The notes beneath the pieces were generated by a model, which ran no database searches, had not been told where the DNA came from, and saw only the letters and a program-made list of their open reading frames with translations. A DNA stretch of 61,375 bases, filler included, from Bacteriovoracaceae bacterium (lineage in GTDB: Bacteria > Bdellovibrionota > Bacteriovoracia > Bacteriovoracales > Bacteriovoracaceae), in NCBI GenBank assembly GCA_018649885.1. It is 3 parts of 3 records of this genome, joined end to end, with 100 filler letters (N's around TTAATTAATTAA, not from the genome) between each part and the next. Parts side by side here need not be neighbours in the genome. Positions count along the whole stretch, not along the records: positions 1 to 29,780 come from JABIHA010000135.1; 2 more parts are not named here. One strand, 5' to 3'. Of this stretch, positions 1 to 10,657 are shown one piece after another. Positions within the stretch are counted from its first letter, which is position 1, and every line of letters begins with the position of its first letter. A program made the position numbers and the translations under genes.

Positions 1-7
1 AAAATGA

Positions 8-32
8 AACCCTGAACTCCAAATTCAGGGTT
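8..32. repeat. Short palindrome/hairpin AACCCTGAA-N7-TTCAGGGTT (terminator or REP-like)
   Basis: Perfect 9-bp inverted repeat visible at the window start; upstream context is missing. Confidence 0.35.
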
Positions 33-378
33 GAGCCTAGAGCACTGAAACGTCGAACAAGAGGGACATTTAGCCTTTTGCTAATTCCAAGAAATAGGTA
101 TAAATCCTCAAACCAAGTGGCTTAAAGCAGTAGCATTCGTGCGTGATACTTTTCTCGACACATGGCAAATTAAAAAAATCGCACGGTTTTTAAACAAAAA
201 GAGGCTAACACTAAGTATGGCTTCAAAGTTTTTTAACTTTCTTATCAATGCGATCAATGGACTTGATAAAGTCCTTTCGAGCAAGTTTTGCGTATTTATT
301 GCATTTGTTCATATATGGCACCTTAATCAGAACTAAACCTCAACAGAATTTATTGGTACTGAGTTAAAGCTGGACCAA

Positions 379-405
379 TCAAGAACAACTAATATGTATC
401 CGATA
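379..405 (+). promoter_or_regulatory. Putative sigma28/FliA promoter (TCAAG-N16-CCGATA)
   Basis: TCAAG at 379-383, 16-nt spacer, CCGATA at 400-405, 27 nt before the GTG at 433. Confidence 0.55.
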
Positions 406-432
406 AATCGATTGTATTTCAGTGAGGTTTGA

Positions 433-3078
433 GTGAACGCAAAGATTGCAAAAAAATGGCCACCCATTGGTGGAACTCTTTTGATTATTGTGAGTTTAAC
501 AGTTGTATATTTCAACGGATCTGTGCGAACCAATGATGATGGAAGTGTGAGTTTTCCAGATGGATCAATTTTTACTCCTATAGGGAATTTAAATAACGGT
601 CAAGATTGCAATGTTGAGTCTGAATATAGTGAAGAATGTCAATCGGGTGTTTGTGCCAAAACTGTTCCGAAGGGAGCCTTTCATCCCAGACACGTTGGTA
701 GTGCCAGACTTGTATGTATGGACCGAGATAAAGATTGTGCTAAACCAAATTCACCAGGAATATTGATTGGTGAAGGGTTTGTTAATACGCAAGATAGAAG
801 AAAATACTATTGTATTGGCGATAGAACACTTGGGTTGGCCAACGGTAATGCCTGTGGAGATGAGTTTACTCCTGGAGGACATGGCTGCCAATCTGGAAGA
901 TGTGAAGTCGGTCCTTGGGGAGAAAAATACTGCGTAGAGGGAGCTTCGGGGGTTTCAGAGTGTCCCCTTCCAAGAGTCTACTTATCTCAAGAGACTGCGG
1001 GAATTACCACCGGACAACATTACTTTTTTGATGGGGGCGAATGGATATGCAAACAAAATAGTGAAGGTGTTGTAAGGCTGGCCCCTCATTGCAAACATCC
1101 CAATGTTCAAAATTGTGCAGGAGTGGCAAATGGGCAGCTTTGCGAAAGTGGAAGGGATTGCTCTTCAGGACATTGTTATAAAGGTCCTGGAGTTGACGGT
1201 GAAAAATTTTGCCTCGATGGGCCACACAATTGCCCAAGGCCAGGCAGTCGATACGCTACTGCAAGCGAAAGAGGAACAGCTCAAGATCCTGGATCTGAGT
1301 ACAATCGAATTCGCGCACGAATGGGACAAACAGGGATAAGCTTCAATCAAACATATGATTATATGGGTAAGACTTGGAAATGCCAAAGTAGTGTAGGTCT
1401 GGTTGAGGTAGGGAAATTAGACCATAAGGGGTATGGTGCCAACGCTCAAGTTTGCGGAAATAATCCTATTGGAGGTGGTCCGGGATATAGTGCTCATGTG
1501 ACTGAGGCAAGTGCCGACCATGTTGTCAGGACTCTTAGTGAATTACAACAAGCATTGAGTTGTTCACACTGTACAATATTTATTCCAGGAGACGTAAAAT
1601 TAAATTTTTTAGAATTAGCAGCCCCCTTAGTTATTGCTAATGATGGGGTTACCTTGGCCAGCGATAGAGGCACGGGTCCAGGTGCACTTCTTTACTTTGA
1701 TAAAGATCAAATGGATAAGAGTCCGGGGGTCCAAAACCTTTTAATAAGAATTACTGGTGAAAATGTAAGAATCACAGGGCTTAGGATCAAAGGTACAAAT
1801 CACCATGTTTTCTCTCACATGCATCAAAGATCCTTTGAATATGGATTAAAAGTTCTTTCTAAAAATGTTGAAGTTGACAATAACGAGCTTTCTAACTTTA
1901 GTGGGTACTCAGTCTACCTTGAAGGACCTGGTACAGCTGGGGGACGTGTTCATCATAATAATATCCACCATAATTTAAGACTTGGTATCGGTTATGGGGT
2001 CATGGTTGGAGGAAACGCCGATCCTGAAGCAGGGGTTGCCTATATTTATGCCAACACCACTTCGTGGGGAAGGCACTTTTCTGCAGGTACCGGCTCAGAT
2101 AATACTTTTTACTGGGCCGATTGCAATATTGCTGATGGTTTTTGGGAAGGCTACCCATTTGATTTGCACTACGGTGGAGATCAGGCATGGATGTCAGCTA
2201 GAAATAATTCAGTTTACGCATATTCAGGCCTTGGAGGTTTTCATCTTGATGGGTTTTTACATGAAAGTCCAGGTTCATTGATCGCTAGGAATTATTTTGG
2301 GGCCTACGGAAATAGTTATTCATGCTCTGAATTATCACTTAGACAAGTAAACCAACCAGGATGTGGTGTCTCTCAGGTTCTAAGAGAAAAAGGACATGGA
2401 CGATACACTTCATCAGGACCCATAACTTTTATAGAGTTTATTGGAATAACTAATAAAGACAACCTCTACATGAAGCATAACTCTTGTAGTAATGGATCAA
2501 GTTGTGAATACGATTGGGAATGTGGTGGTTTTGATTGTGATCAAAACCAATGTAATTGTGAGGTGAAATCAGTTTCGCCACCTTTTGACTGGCCTTCAGA
2601 TTCAACAACTCAAAGTCTAGGAACTAAAATAATAGAACAACCTGAAAAAGGTAACCAACTTTGGTTAGGAGGTGGAAATCGCTATCAAAATGTTGTTGTT
2701 GGACAAAGTTTTATGACGACTTCAGCGGGAGCATTAAAGGCCATCGAAGTTGAGCTAAGATCAGTTGATGGTAGCAGTGATGATCAAGTCATTTTGGAGC
2801 TTGCTGATAGCCGTTGGAATGTCCTAGAAAGTGCCACACACAAAGGCTTTCATAGTGGCCTGCAACGCTTAAGGTTTGAATTTACAGGTCGCAATGAGCT
2901 TTTGGAAAATAGTGAATACCGCTTTATTGTCCGGTTAAATAACTCACAAAACCATTATGTGATTCAAGGAACAGGGGATGTTTATGATGGTGGTAGTGTA
3001 TACAGTATGTACCAGTCGAAAAGCTCAAACTTCGTCATTAAAAAATTTGATCTTACTTTTAAAATAGAGCTCGATTAG
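433..3078 (+). CDS. Membrane-anchored/secreted protein: Cys-rich repeats + right-handed parallel beta-helix + C-terminal beta-sandwich
   Basis: 881-aa ORF with an N-terminal hydrophobic helix, repeated C-x5-C-x-S-G-x-C motifs, NPIGGGPGY motif, beta-helix repeats (VEVDNNELSNF, VHHNNIHHN) and a C-terminal GQSF-type domain. Confidence 0.75.
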   Translation: MNAKIAKKWPPIGGTLLIIVSLTVVYFNGSVRTNDDGSVSFPDGSIFTPIGNLNNGQDCNVESEYSEECQSGVCAKTVPKGAFHPRHVGSARLVCMDRDKDCAKPNSPGILIGEGFVNTQDRRKYYCIGDRTLGLANGNACGDEFTPGGHGCQSGRCEVGPWGEKYCVEGASGVSECPLPRVYLSQETAGITTGQHYFFDGGEWICKQNSEGVVRLAPHCKHPNVQNCAGVANGQLCESGRDCSSGHCYKGPGVDGEKFCLDGPHNCPRPGSRYATASERGTAQDPGSEYNRIRARMGQTGISFNQTYDYMGKTWKCQSSVGLVEVGKLDHKGYGANAQVCGNNPIGGGPGYSAHVTEASADHVVRTLSELQQALSCSHCTIFIPGDVKLNFLELAAPLVIANDGVTLASDRGTGPGALLYFDKDQMDKSPGVQNLLIRITGENVRITGLRIKGTNHHVFSHMHQRSFEYGLKVLSKNVEVDNNELSNFSGYSVYLEGPGTAGGRVHHNNIHHNLRLGIGYGVMVGGNADPEAGVAYIYANTTSWGRHFSAGTGSDNTFYWADCNIADGFWEGYPFDLHYGGDQAWMSARNNSVYAYSGLGGFHLDGFLHESPGSLIARNYFGAYGNSYSCSELSLRQVNQPGCGVSQVLREKGHGRYTSSGPITFIEFIGITNKDNLYMKHNSCSNGSSCEYDWECGGFDCDQNQCNCEVKSVSPPFDWPSDSTTQSLGTKIIEQPEKGNQLWLGGGNRYQNVVVGQSFMTTSAGALKAIEVELRSVDGSSDDQVILELADSRWNVLESATHKGFHSGLQRLRFEFTGRNELLENSEYRFIVRLNNSQNHYVIQGTGDVYDGGSVYSMYQSKSSNFVIKKFDLTFKIELD

Positions 3079-3092
3079 CATCTAGGAGGGGG

Positions 3093-3128
3093 ATACTTTT
3101 TATGACACTATTGGTGGTAAAAAGTATC
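3093..3128. terminator. Inverted repeat GATACTTTTTA/TAAAAAGTATC after the 433..3078 gene
   Basis: 11-bp inverted repeat 15 nt after the stop codon. Confidence 0.35.
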
Positions 3129-3338
3129 ACGCACTTAATGCACACTTAATGCATAAATAGTTTTTTTTTAGAAAGATTAACAATGGCTTATCTGCCAACA
3201 AGGCTTGGCTAGTTAAGCTGAAAACCTCTTTATTTTTCCTCAAAAATCACAATAAACCTCTTAGATATTAAGTAGATAACATTTTTTTTCTGTTTGCAAT
3301 GCTTACTCTTGTAAAATAAAGGAGAGGAAGGAAATTTT

Positions 3339-6300
3339 ATGAGGATGACCGCTTTACTAAATTTAGTTTTACTAAATACAATGCTATTTTTCAGTTCATG
3401 CATTTTTAAGAGTAGTTTCTTAAATTTTTCAGGTGATAGTACATCCTCTAGCAGCTCTTCTGTTCTCTCTGGTGCTATCACTCCTTTTGCAGGCCTCATT
3501 GCAAGTAAACCCCACCCTCTAAATCCTTTTAACTCGGCATGGGCCGCAACTTGCAGTGGCCCTGTTGAGGCCAAGTTATTTTTACTCGATTCAAATGGAA
3601 AAATCACAGGTGACGCTATTGCCACTTCAGCTATTGGATCAAGCACAACTTATAGTTTTGATTTTTCTTCTCTTGGAGTTACGGTAGGTTCAAAAGTTAC
3701 TCATGTGGTGGAAGTTACTGGCTGTACTGAAGTTTTATCTCTTCCGGTGACAGGGACGGGTTCAAATAATATTACCTACGCTACTACATTAATGAGCTTT
3801 GGCGGCGGGACAATCAACTTAAAAAATGTCAGTACCTCTTCACTAAAAACATTTGTCGATAAGCTATCTGGTGCTTCATCTACAGCTGTATACAACAGTA
3901 TAAATGCCAGTGGAACGTTGAGGGCTGAGTATATGGCAGTAACTGGCCAGGCCCATACCAAGGTTCTCAATTCTCCACCTAAACTAAATACGGTAACAAT
4001 TCCTACAACTATTATGGAAGGAACACTCGCAGCATTTACTGGAGGTGCTTACCATTTTTCGGGTGGGTACGATCTCAAATACAGATGGGTTTTAGATGGA
4101 TCTACAGTTGCTAACACAGCGACTTGGAATTGGACTCCACTAAAAAATCAGCAAGGAAGTCACACGGTACAGCTTTTTTTAGGACAAAATGATGGTGGAG
4201 GAGATGTTGATATTGCAAAAGATCATTTAATTAAATCATACGCAGTCACTGTTTCTGATGCATTCCCTGTAACTGCTCCTACCCTTACATTGACTTCTCC
4301 TGCTTCCTCGCCCGTAACAGTTAATGGCCTAACACTAAATATTGCGACGGGAGCTTCTAAAGTAAACTGTGACACGCTAACAAGTTTGGCCATCACAGAA
4401 AATGATTCAAATACTCCAAGCGCAGGTGCCTTTACTATTACTTGCACAACTAACGTTAACCAAGCACTTGCCCATACACTTACTAATACTGGTGATGGTA
4501 CCAAGACTCTTAGATTGTGGGCAAAAGACTCTGCAGGAAATATTACTTCCACTCCGAGTACTCTTGCAATATTTAAAGATACAACTAATCCTGCTTCGTC
4601 ATTGACCAGTCCTACAGGTCCACTTATGGGGACAGGGACAGAGTCAGTAGCTCTCGCAGGAACTGATACCAGCGGTAGTGGAGTTAGCCAAATTGCCTTT
4701 CACTACGCAAGTGATGGGACAAGCTTTTCTCTTGTCTCAAATGCTATCTCTACCAATTCCATAAGCTACAACTGGACCGTGCCAAGTGATAATGTTGCGA
4801 CGGCCAAAGTAAAAGTGATCGTAACAGATGCTGCAGGAAATACAGATGAAACTATTTCCGCAGCTTTTACAATTGATTCCACTGGGCCTGGTGCTCCTTC
4901 TTCAACTATGGTCAATGCTGCCTACATCGCTGGAACTGGCACAAGCTTTACCATTGCAAGTTGTACTGATCGAACCCAAATATTTGTCAAAGAATCAGCT
5001 GGTGCTCCACTAATTACAGATTCAGGATGGCAAACGTGTGCTACATCTGCTGGTGCCATAACCCATACTCTTAGCTCTGAAGCCTCGTATACCTTAAGGC
5101 TTTGGGCCAGAGATGCTGTTGGACTTCGACCGATCACAGTGTAATCAAAGATAACACCAATCCTGCAGTTACGGTTACTGCACCTGCGACTGGTGGATAT
5201 CAAGGCGGTCAAGGCAACATAACAATAACCTGGTCAGCAACAGATACCAATATCGCCGCCACTCCTATTACGCTTGAATATTCCCCTGATGGAGGGTCCA
5301 GCTGGAACTCCATCGCTACAGGTGAGGTCAATGACGGCACTTACACTTGGAACTCTCCTGGCTTTGATGGAGCAGACTATAGAATCAGAGTGACTGCAAT
5401 AGACTTAGCTGGAAACAGTACTGCCACTGGCCAAAGTTCAAGTTGGACGATGGATTCGACAGATCCTGCAGCTACTTCTGCTTCGTTTATTCTCAATGGA
5501 GGATCAGCAACAACTATAACCAATTTTATCAATGCCGCTTTCAATGCAACAGATAATCTTTCAACAGCGGCCCAATTTTGTCTTCAAGAAACCTCTACGA
5601 CTACTCCTTCCACAGGGGATAGTTGTTGGACCGACTTTGCTTCTATTGGCGTTACGGCTTCAAATAGCGTTGCCGTCACTACCAATAACCATCAACTCCC
5701 TTTTGCTAACGGTGTCTACAACGTCTATCTATTTATAAAAGATGGTGTGGGAAATATTTCTGATCTCACAAATGCTGGTGCGGGGACAGACGGACAAGAT
5801 AAAGATGACATCACTTTTACTCCCGGAAACGCTCCTGTGGTACAAGATATTCTTGTCGCCAACTCAGATGCCCCCTCAAATCCTCCCACCTCAGGTGATA
5901 AAACGGTAACCTCGAGTTCTGATTTATTTATAAAGTGGAAGGCCACCGATGTTGAGGATGTGGATTCGACACTTACAATAAACCTTTACTATTCAACCAA
6001 CGATACAACTTGGACTTCCATTTCAGCTGGATTAATAAATGGGCAAAACGGTGCCTGCCTAGTTAATAATGGGGGAACGACAGCAGATGATACGGCCACA
6101 GGTTGTTACAAATGGAGCTCTGGCTCACCCACCTCAAATTTCTATAGAGTAAAAGTAGAAGTTGTGGATTCAGCTTCAGGTCAGACATATACAACTTCAG
6201 ATACTATCAATATATCATTTCTTAGAACAATTGCCGGAAAGACTGATGATGGTCTTAATGCGAGTGCTACATCAGCAACTATCTTAACAAGATCACCAAC

Positions 6301-8365
6301 CGACCAGATTGCGGATACTCACTCCATGGTGGTAAAAAGTGATGGAACTATTTTCCTTCGAGATATCAATAAGGGAATATTAAAAATTGATCCCACGACA
6401 GGTCTTTTAACAATATATATCCCCTATACCGGAGCCTATTCTGGTGAAGGTGGCGCGCCAACTAGTGCCACCCTTGCTTATATCGATGGTATTGTTATGG
6501 ACTACAGTGACAATCTCTACATTCGTTCAGCCGATCGAATTTTAAAGGTCGATTTTACGGCCAACACTATCACTACTTGGATTGGTGGGGGATCTGATCA
6601 CTCCGATACAGTAGCGAACCCAACCGATGTAGTGATTTGGAAAACCTATAATTATAATTTGAACGTAGCAGATTGGGGACCTCTATTTTTTACTCCCAAT
6701 GGTGACTTTTACTTTCAATCTGATGAGTTTAGATACGCCATATTTGATGGTGCTGATGGAGATCCCAATAAAAAATCTAGGGTTAGAAAATATGTTGCAA
6801 GTAGTGGGCAAGTAACCTCAATTGACCCTACCGGCATAGGAACTTTAGCCTACCCCGCGCAAGATATTTCACTTTGCCGAATTTTTAATTTTGGGGTTAG
6901 ATTTAACCCCGCAGATTCCTCATTGACCCATGCTATGGTGATGGTCAATGGTAGGAGCAATTATGGGGGAACGCCTACGGGGTGTACCGCATTACAGGCT
7001 CCTACAGATATGGTCTCTATGAACCCATCTACATTTGTGAGTTTAGGACAAGCTGGGGCGGTGGCCTTGCCCTATGCTAATAATTGGGTAGCCAATGGTG
7101 CAAGAATGGTTCAAGGAATGAATGGAGAGCTCTATGCCATTAGTCAAGCAGCCGCAGAAATTAAGAAGTATAATACTTCAACAAATAGTTTTGATGTCAT
7201 AATTGGTGCAGGAACAAGGGGCACATGTGCCGATGGGACAGCGGCTACAAGTTGCAGAATTTCTCCATGGGATTTATTTGTTTCTACCACGGGAACAATA
7301 TATTTACTGGATAACGGTGTTGTTAGAACTATCGATGCCAGTGGCAACATCCAAACACTTTATTTACAGTCCTTAAGCTACGGAGACGGAGGACTTGCAA
7401 CAAACGCAAGATTCAATCAGGTGAAAAATTTGAAAATGTGGAGAGACGGAGCAACTGATAAAATTGTCCTGTTCGATATGGCTGAGAAGAGAGTCAGAGA
7501 ATTTCCTGTTGACGGAAATGTCAGTACAATTGTAGGTGATGGCTCAGATGAAAGCATTAGTATTGGCGGATCTATTACTGGCACTATGTCAGTCGGAACT
7601 TATCCCCACATTGGTCTTGATAGCTCCGGCAATATCTATAGCTATAGGCCAGGGCTCTTTGTCTATACAGCAAATCGCTCGACAGGACTTTGGGAGCATT
7701 GGCTGGGAAACTATTCAGGGACACTTTACACTGTTGCAGATGGACTTAGTGATATAGCGCTCTCTAACACTTACCCACCAAATTTTATTGGGTACAATGG
7801 CACAGAATTTTTAGTAGCTAAACACCGTTATGATGGTACTTATAAGGACTCATTTTTGAAAACCTATAACGTCGCCACAGCAGTTCAATCACATGTTGCT
7901 GGTGTTGCAGGTATAATGCAATCAGCGAATTTATTCGACTGTTCAAATGGCAGTGCCCTATCAACTTGCCCTTTTATTGGCACAAGTCCTTATAATTTAT
8001 TCACCTGGCCATGGGATAGTAATAACAATAGATATATCGGGGGGATTTTGGCCACAAAAGAAGTTTTCTCTGTAGCTGCTGGTGGAAATAAAACCGTAAT
8101 TTTTACGGCCACTCAAAATGTTTCTGCTCTGGCCTATGACCCTAATGACAATGATATTTATTACTGCAGCGAAGATACAGGATTTATTTACAAGTACGAT
8201 GTGGACACCACCACAGAAACCCAGCTGGCATGGCCCATATTAGCTATGGCTTGCTATAGAAACACCATGGTCTTTAATGTGAATGGAGATGGCGGCAACG
8301 GGTCCCTTATATTTGGATATTTTCAAAATAATCTTTTTGCCGTCGGGGAATACCTCAACCCATAG
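3339..8365 (+). pseudogene. Giant Ig-like/NHL-repeat surface lipoprotein split by a frameshift near 5123 (ORFs 3339..5144 and 5102..8365)
   Basis: Lipobox-like FFSSC; Big/Ig repeats (WAKDSAGN, VTDAAGN, AIDLAGN); NHL/teneurin-like GDGGLATNARFN. The repeat WARDAVG continues as TSTDHSVIKDNTNP in the other frame. Confidence 0.75.
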
Positions 8366-8584
8366 AATTAAAAGGTGATTAGTTGCATGATACAAAAATT
8401 AGAAAATCATTTAAACCTTCAATTGGAGCCCCGATAGAGCTGAGAGTCCTTATTAGTTCATGGTCCCCAGAGGTTATTTACCACAAAGTTTATGATAAGA
8501 CTTGACCGCCAAATAGCTGAGTTTTCGTCGGGTGATTTTTCGCCAGGGTATTGTTTTGGCAAAAAATATTTCGAGCTCTCTTAT

Positions 8585-9451
8585 TCAAGTTACTTTGGGG
8601 ATGAGCGAATTGAAGAAAGTAGTGGACCAGACTTGAACTTCTTCACTATTTTTTAGAAAAGGGATGACGTCTTTTTTTGCTTGTTCCCAGTTGGTTTTTT
8701 CAAATTTTTGTTTTAAAAGATCTTGTAAATCTTTAGTGGTGAGTTCTTTTGAGCTGGACCAGTGGCCACTGTCACATAATTTGCCTTTAAGGTAGGCCAT
8801 ATCAGGTTTGATTCCTTTATTTGTATACCAAATGAAGTCGTAGTAGTCCCTGCCTTTGACTCTTCCACTGGGATAAGAACGGCAGAGAAGTGCATGAAGT
8901 TTTCCTCCAAAGAGAGATGGAAGAGTTAGCATTTTGTAGCTAAATGGAATGGGTTGGGTAAGAAATAAAGTCTCACTATTCCCTGCAGGAGTTGGAGGAT
9001 TAATGTCAATCTCCAATTTAATTTTTAGCAACTCATTTTTATTAGTTCCTGAGGCCGGATTATTAAGGCCCTCAATTTGTAACAGATACTCCAATGTATT
9101 GGCCTTGAGAAAAGCAGAGTCTATTGTTGTTTCTACAGACTTATGTCTTTTTTCTGAAGATAGGCCAAGACCGAAAGAGGAAAATTCGTCTTCGATTCCT
9201 TTGAGGTACTGAGTGATGTTAAAAGAGTTCTTATTTTGTAAAAGAGTGAAGTCCATGTCTTCGGAAAAGCGACCAAGGCCATGAGCAATACGAAGGGCCG
9301 TCCCTCCATAAAAGGCAGCTTTGTCAAAAAACTTTTGCCTTGATAGGCCTAGAAGAGCAATTTCTTGCATTATTTCTTTCAAGGCATTTTTGTAGTCCTC
9401 GGAAGTTTTACAAGTATAGCGCTCTAACATATCTTTGATTGCCTGATGCAT
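8585..9451 (-). CDS. abiEii: AbiEii/AbiGii-family nucleotidyltransferase toxin (type IV TA)
   Basis: FYGGTALRIAHGLGRFSEDMDF motif; KLHALLCR and KGRDYYD motifs. Confidence 0.92.
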   Translation of the reverse strand: MHQAIKDMLERYTCKTSEDYKNALKEIMQEIALLGLSRQKFFDKAAFYGGTALRIAHGLGRFSEDMDFTLLQNKNSFNITQYLKGIEDEFSSFGLGLSSEKRHKSVETTIDSAFLKANTLEYLLQIEGLNNPASGTNKNELLKIKLEIDINPPTPAGNSETLFLTQPIPFSYKMLTLPSLFGGKLHALLCRSYPSGRVKGRDYYDFIWYTNKGIKPDMAYLKGKLCDSGHWSSSKELTTKDLQDLLKQKFEKTNWEQAKKDVIPFLKNSEEVQVWSTTFFNSLIPKVT

Positions 9452-9461
9452 ATCTTAACCC

Positions 9462-10088
9462 TCAGGTTGCTTTTTTGATTTCAATAATAGCATCCACGGT
9501 TACTTGAACACTTTCTCGTTTGTACCATCTAGTAAGTTCTAAAAGCCTTGTGGAGTCAAGGTTTTGAATTTCGTTTTCATAAATGCGTAGCTCCTCCAAA
9601 AGATATGCCTTCGCTTCTTTTAAAGATTTATTTTTTTGAAAATAGACAATATCACAAATGGCCTTTTCCGGTGATGCCATAAAATAGTTTCCAAGTTCAG
9701 TTTGATGGTAGTTCAGACCGGGTGGATAAAGTTTTTTTGAAATATATTTATAAGTGAATGCCCCAACAGGGGTTTTAAAAATTTTGTCTCTTTTAAAACA
9801 AAGGCAGGTGATAGTTTCCACCCGCTCTGGAATGAGACCATGATGGGCCAGAGCATACTCAAATGAAATTGCGGAAGGGCCATAAATCATTCCTGATAGA
9901 ACTTCCCTGGAGTAATTTCTTTGATAATCTTTGCCAAGTAGATAAAGACCTTGCTTTATATGGATGATCTCTCCATTGTCGGTTAGTCCCTTAACTTTGT
10001 GTTGGGGACTAGCATAATCCCTATATAGATCTAGAAGATATTCTATTGTTAGATAGGGAATAGGGCTTGCGTGTAGATCTTTCTCCAT
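9462..10088 (-). CDS. abiEi: AbiEi-family antitoxin / transcriptional regulator
   Basis: IIHIKQGLY, YGPSAISFEYALAHHGLIPE and ASPEKAICD motifs; directly upstream of the AbiEii toxin (10-nt gap). Confidence 0.88.
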   Translation of the reverse strand: MEKDLHASPIPYLTIEYLLDLYRDYASPQHKVKGLTDNGEIIHIKQGLYLLGKDYQRNYSREVLSGMIYGPSAISFEYALAHHGLIPERVETITCLCFKRDKIFKTPVGAFTYKYISKKLYPPGLNYHQTELGNYFMASPEKAICDIVYFQKNKSLKEAKAYLLEELRIYENEIQNLDSTRLLELTRWYKRESVQVTVDAIIEIKKAT

Positions 10089-10091
10089 TAA

Positions 10092-10130
10092 TACTCCAGT
10101 AAATGTAACTATAACACATTTACTGGAGTA
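10092..10130. promoter_or_regulatory. 15-bp perfect inverted repeat, probable AbiEi operator
   Basis: TACTCCAGTAAATGT (10092-10106), 9-nt spacer, ACATTTACTGGAGTA (10116-10130), overlapping the abiEi RBS; partial third copy CATTTACTGGA at 10168-10178. Confidence 0.75.
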
Positions 10131-10239
10131 AAATAAAAATAAATATCTAGTTAATTAATTTTGTATTCATTTACTGGATAGAACTTCACGTGATTTCAAT
10201 ATGTTATAGATATACCTAATTCTAATCCGTACTTTCGGG

Positions 10240-10283
10240 AGAGACGTGCCTGAGTGGTCTAAAGAAGCGGTCTGCAAAACCGT
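10240..10283 (+). pseudogene. 5' half of tRNA-Cys(GCA); T-arm and 3' acceptor strand missing
   Basis: AGAGACG-TG-CCTGAGTGGTCTAAAG D-arm-like region; anticodon stem GCGGT/ACCGT with loop CTGCAAA (GCA at 10274-10276); no GTTCGA follows. Confidence 0.65.
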
Positions 10284-10287
10284 ATGG

Positions 10288-10334
10288 CATGTATGTGCCC
10301 GGTATAAAACGTAACCCATGTCCCAGGACATTCA
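10288..10334 (+). mobile_element. Relic IS481-like terminal sequence
   Basis: TATGTGCCCGG and CATGTCCCAGGACATTCA tandem sub-repeats ending in TTCA, the same organisation as the end at 29970-30019. Confidence 0.45.
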
Positions 10335-10346
10335 GAGTTCAATGCT

Positions 10347-10493
10347 GTGGCAAAAAGAAAAAAAAGGTCATTAAGATTATTGATTTTTATTCTTATAGCA
10401 ACAGCTTGCTTTTTTGGAGCCCTATTTTTAGAGAGCAACAACTCACCTACCGATGGAATCTCTCATCCTAACTGGATGAAAGAATTGTTTTAA
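10347..10493 (+). CDS. Small single-pass membrane protein (48 aa, not in the ORF track)
   Basis: Manual translation MAKRKKRSLRLLIFILIATACFFGALFLESNNSPTDGISHPNWMKELF: basic N-terminus followed by a TM helix. Confidence 0.45.
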   Translation: MAKRKKRSLRLLIFILIATACFFGALFLESNNSPTDGISHPNWMKELF

Positions 10494-10657
10494 ATAAAAT
10501 GCCAGCATATTGAGGCATGCTCTCGCAAATAAAATACCTGAAATCACAGAAAATTTGATCCCTTTTAGAATTGCCCAGACAATGTAACTAGCGATCTAAT
10601 GCATTCTTCAATCGACAAGGGGGAATCCACAAGATCTACATTTTGAAAGGCAAGGAT

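Noticed and set aside
3132..3153. Tandem CACTTAATGCA x2
   Set aside because: Two copies only; no supportable function
10513..10527. Sigma54-like GG..GC motif (similar one near 30527-30541 on the minus strand)
   Set aside because: GG-to-GC spacing is 9 nt rather than the required 10
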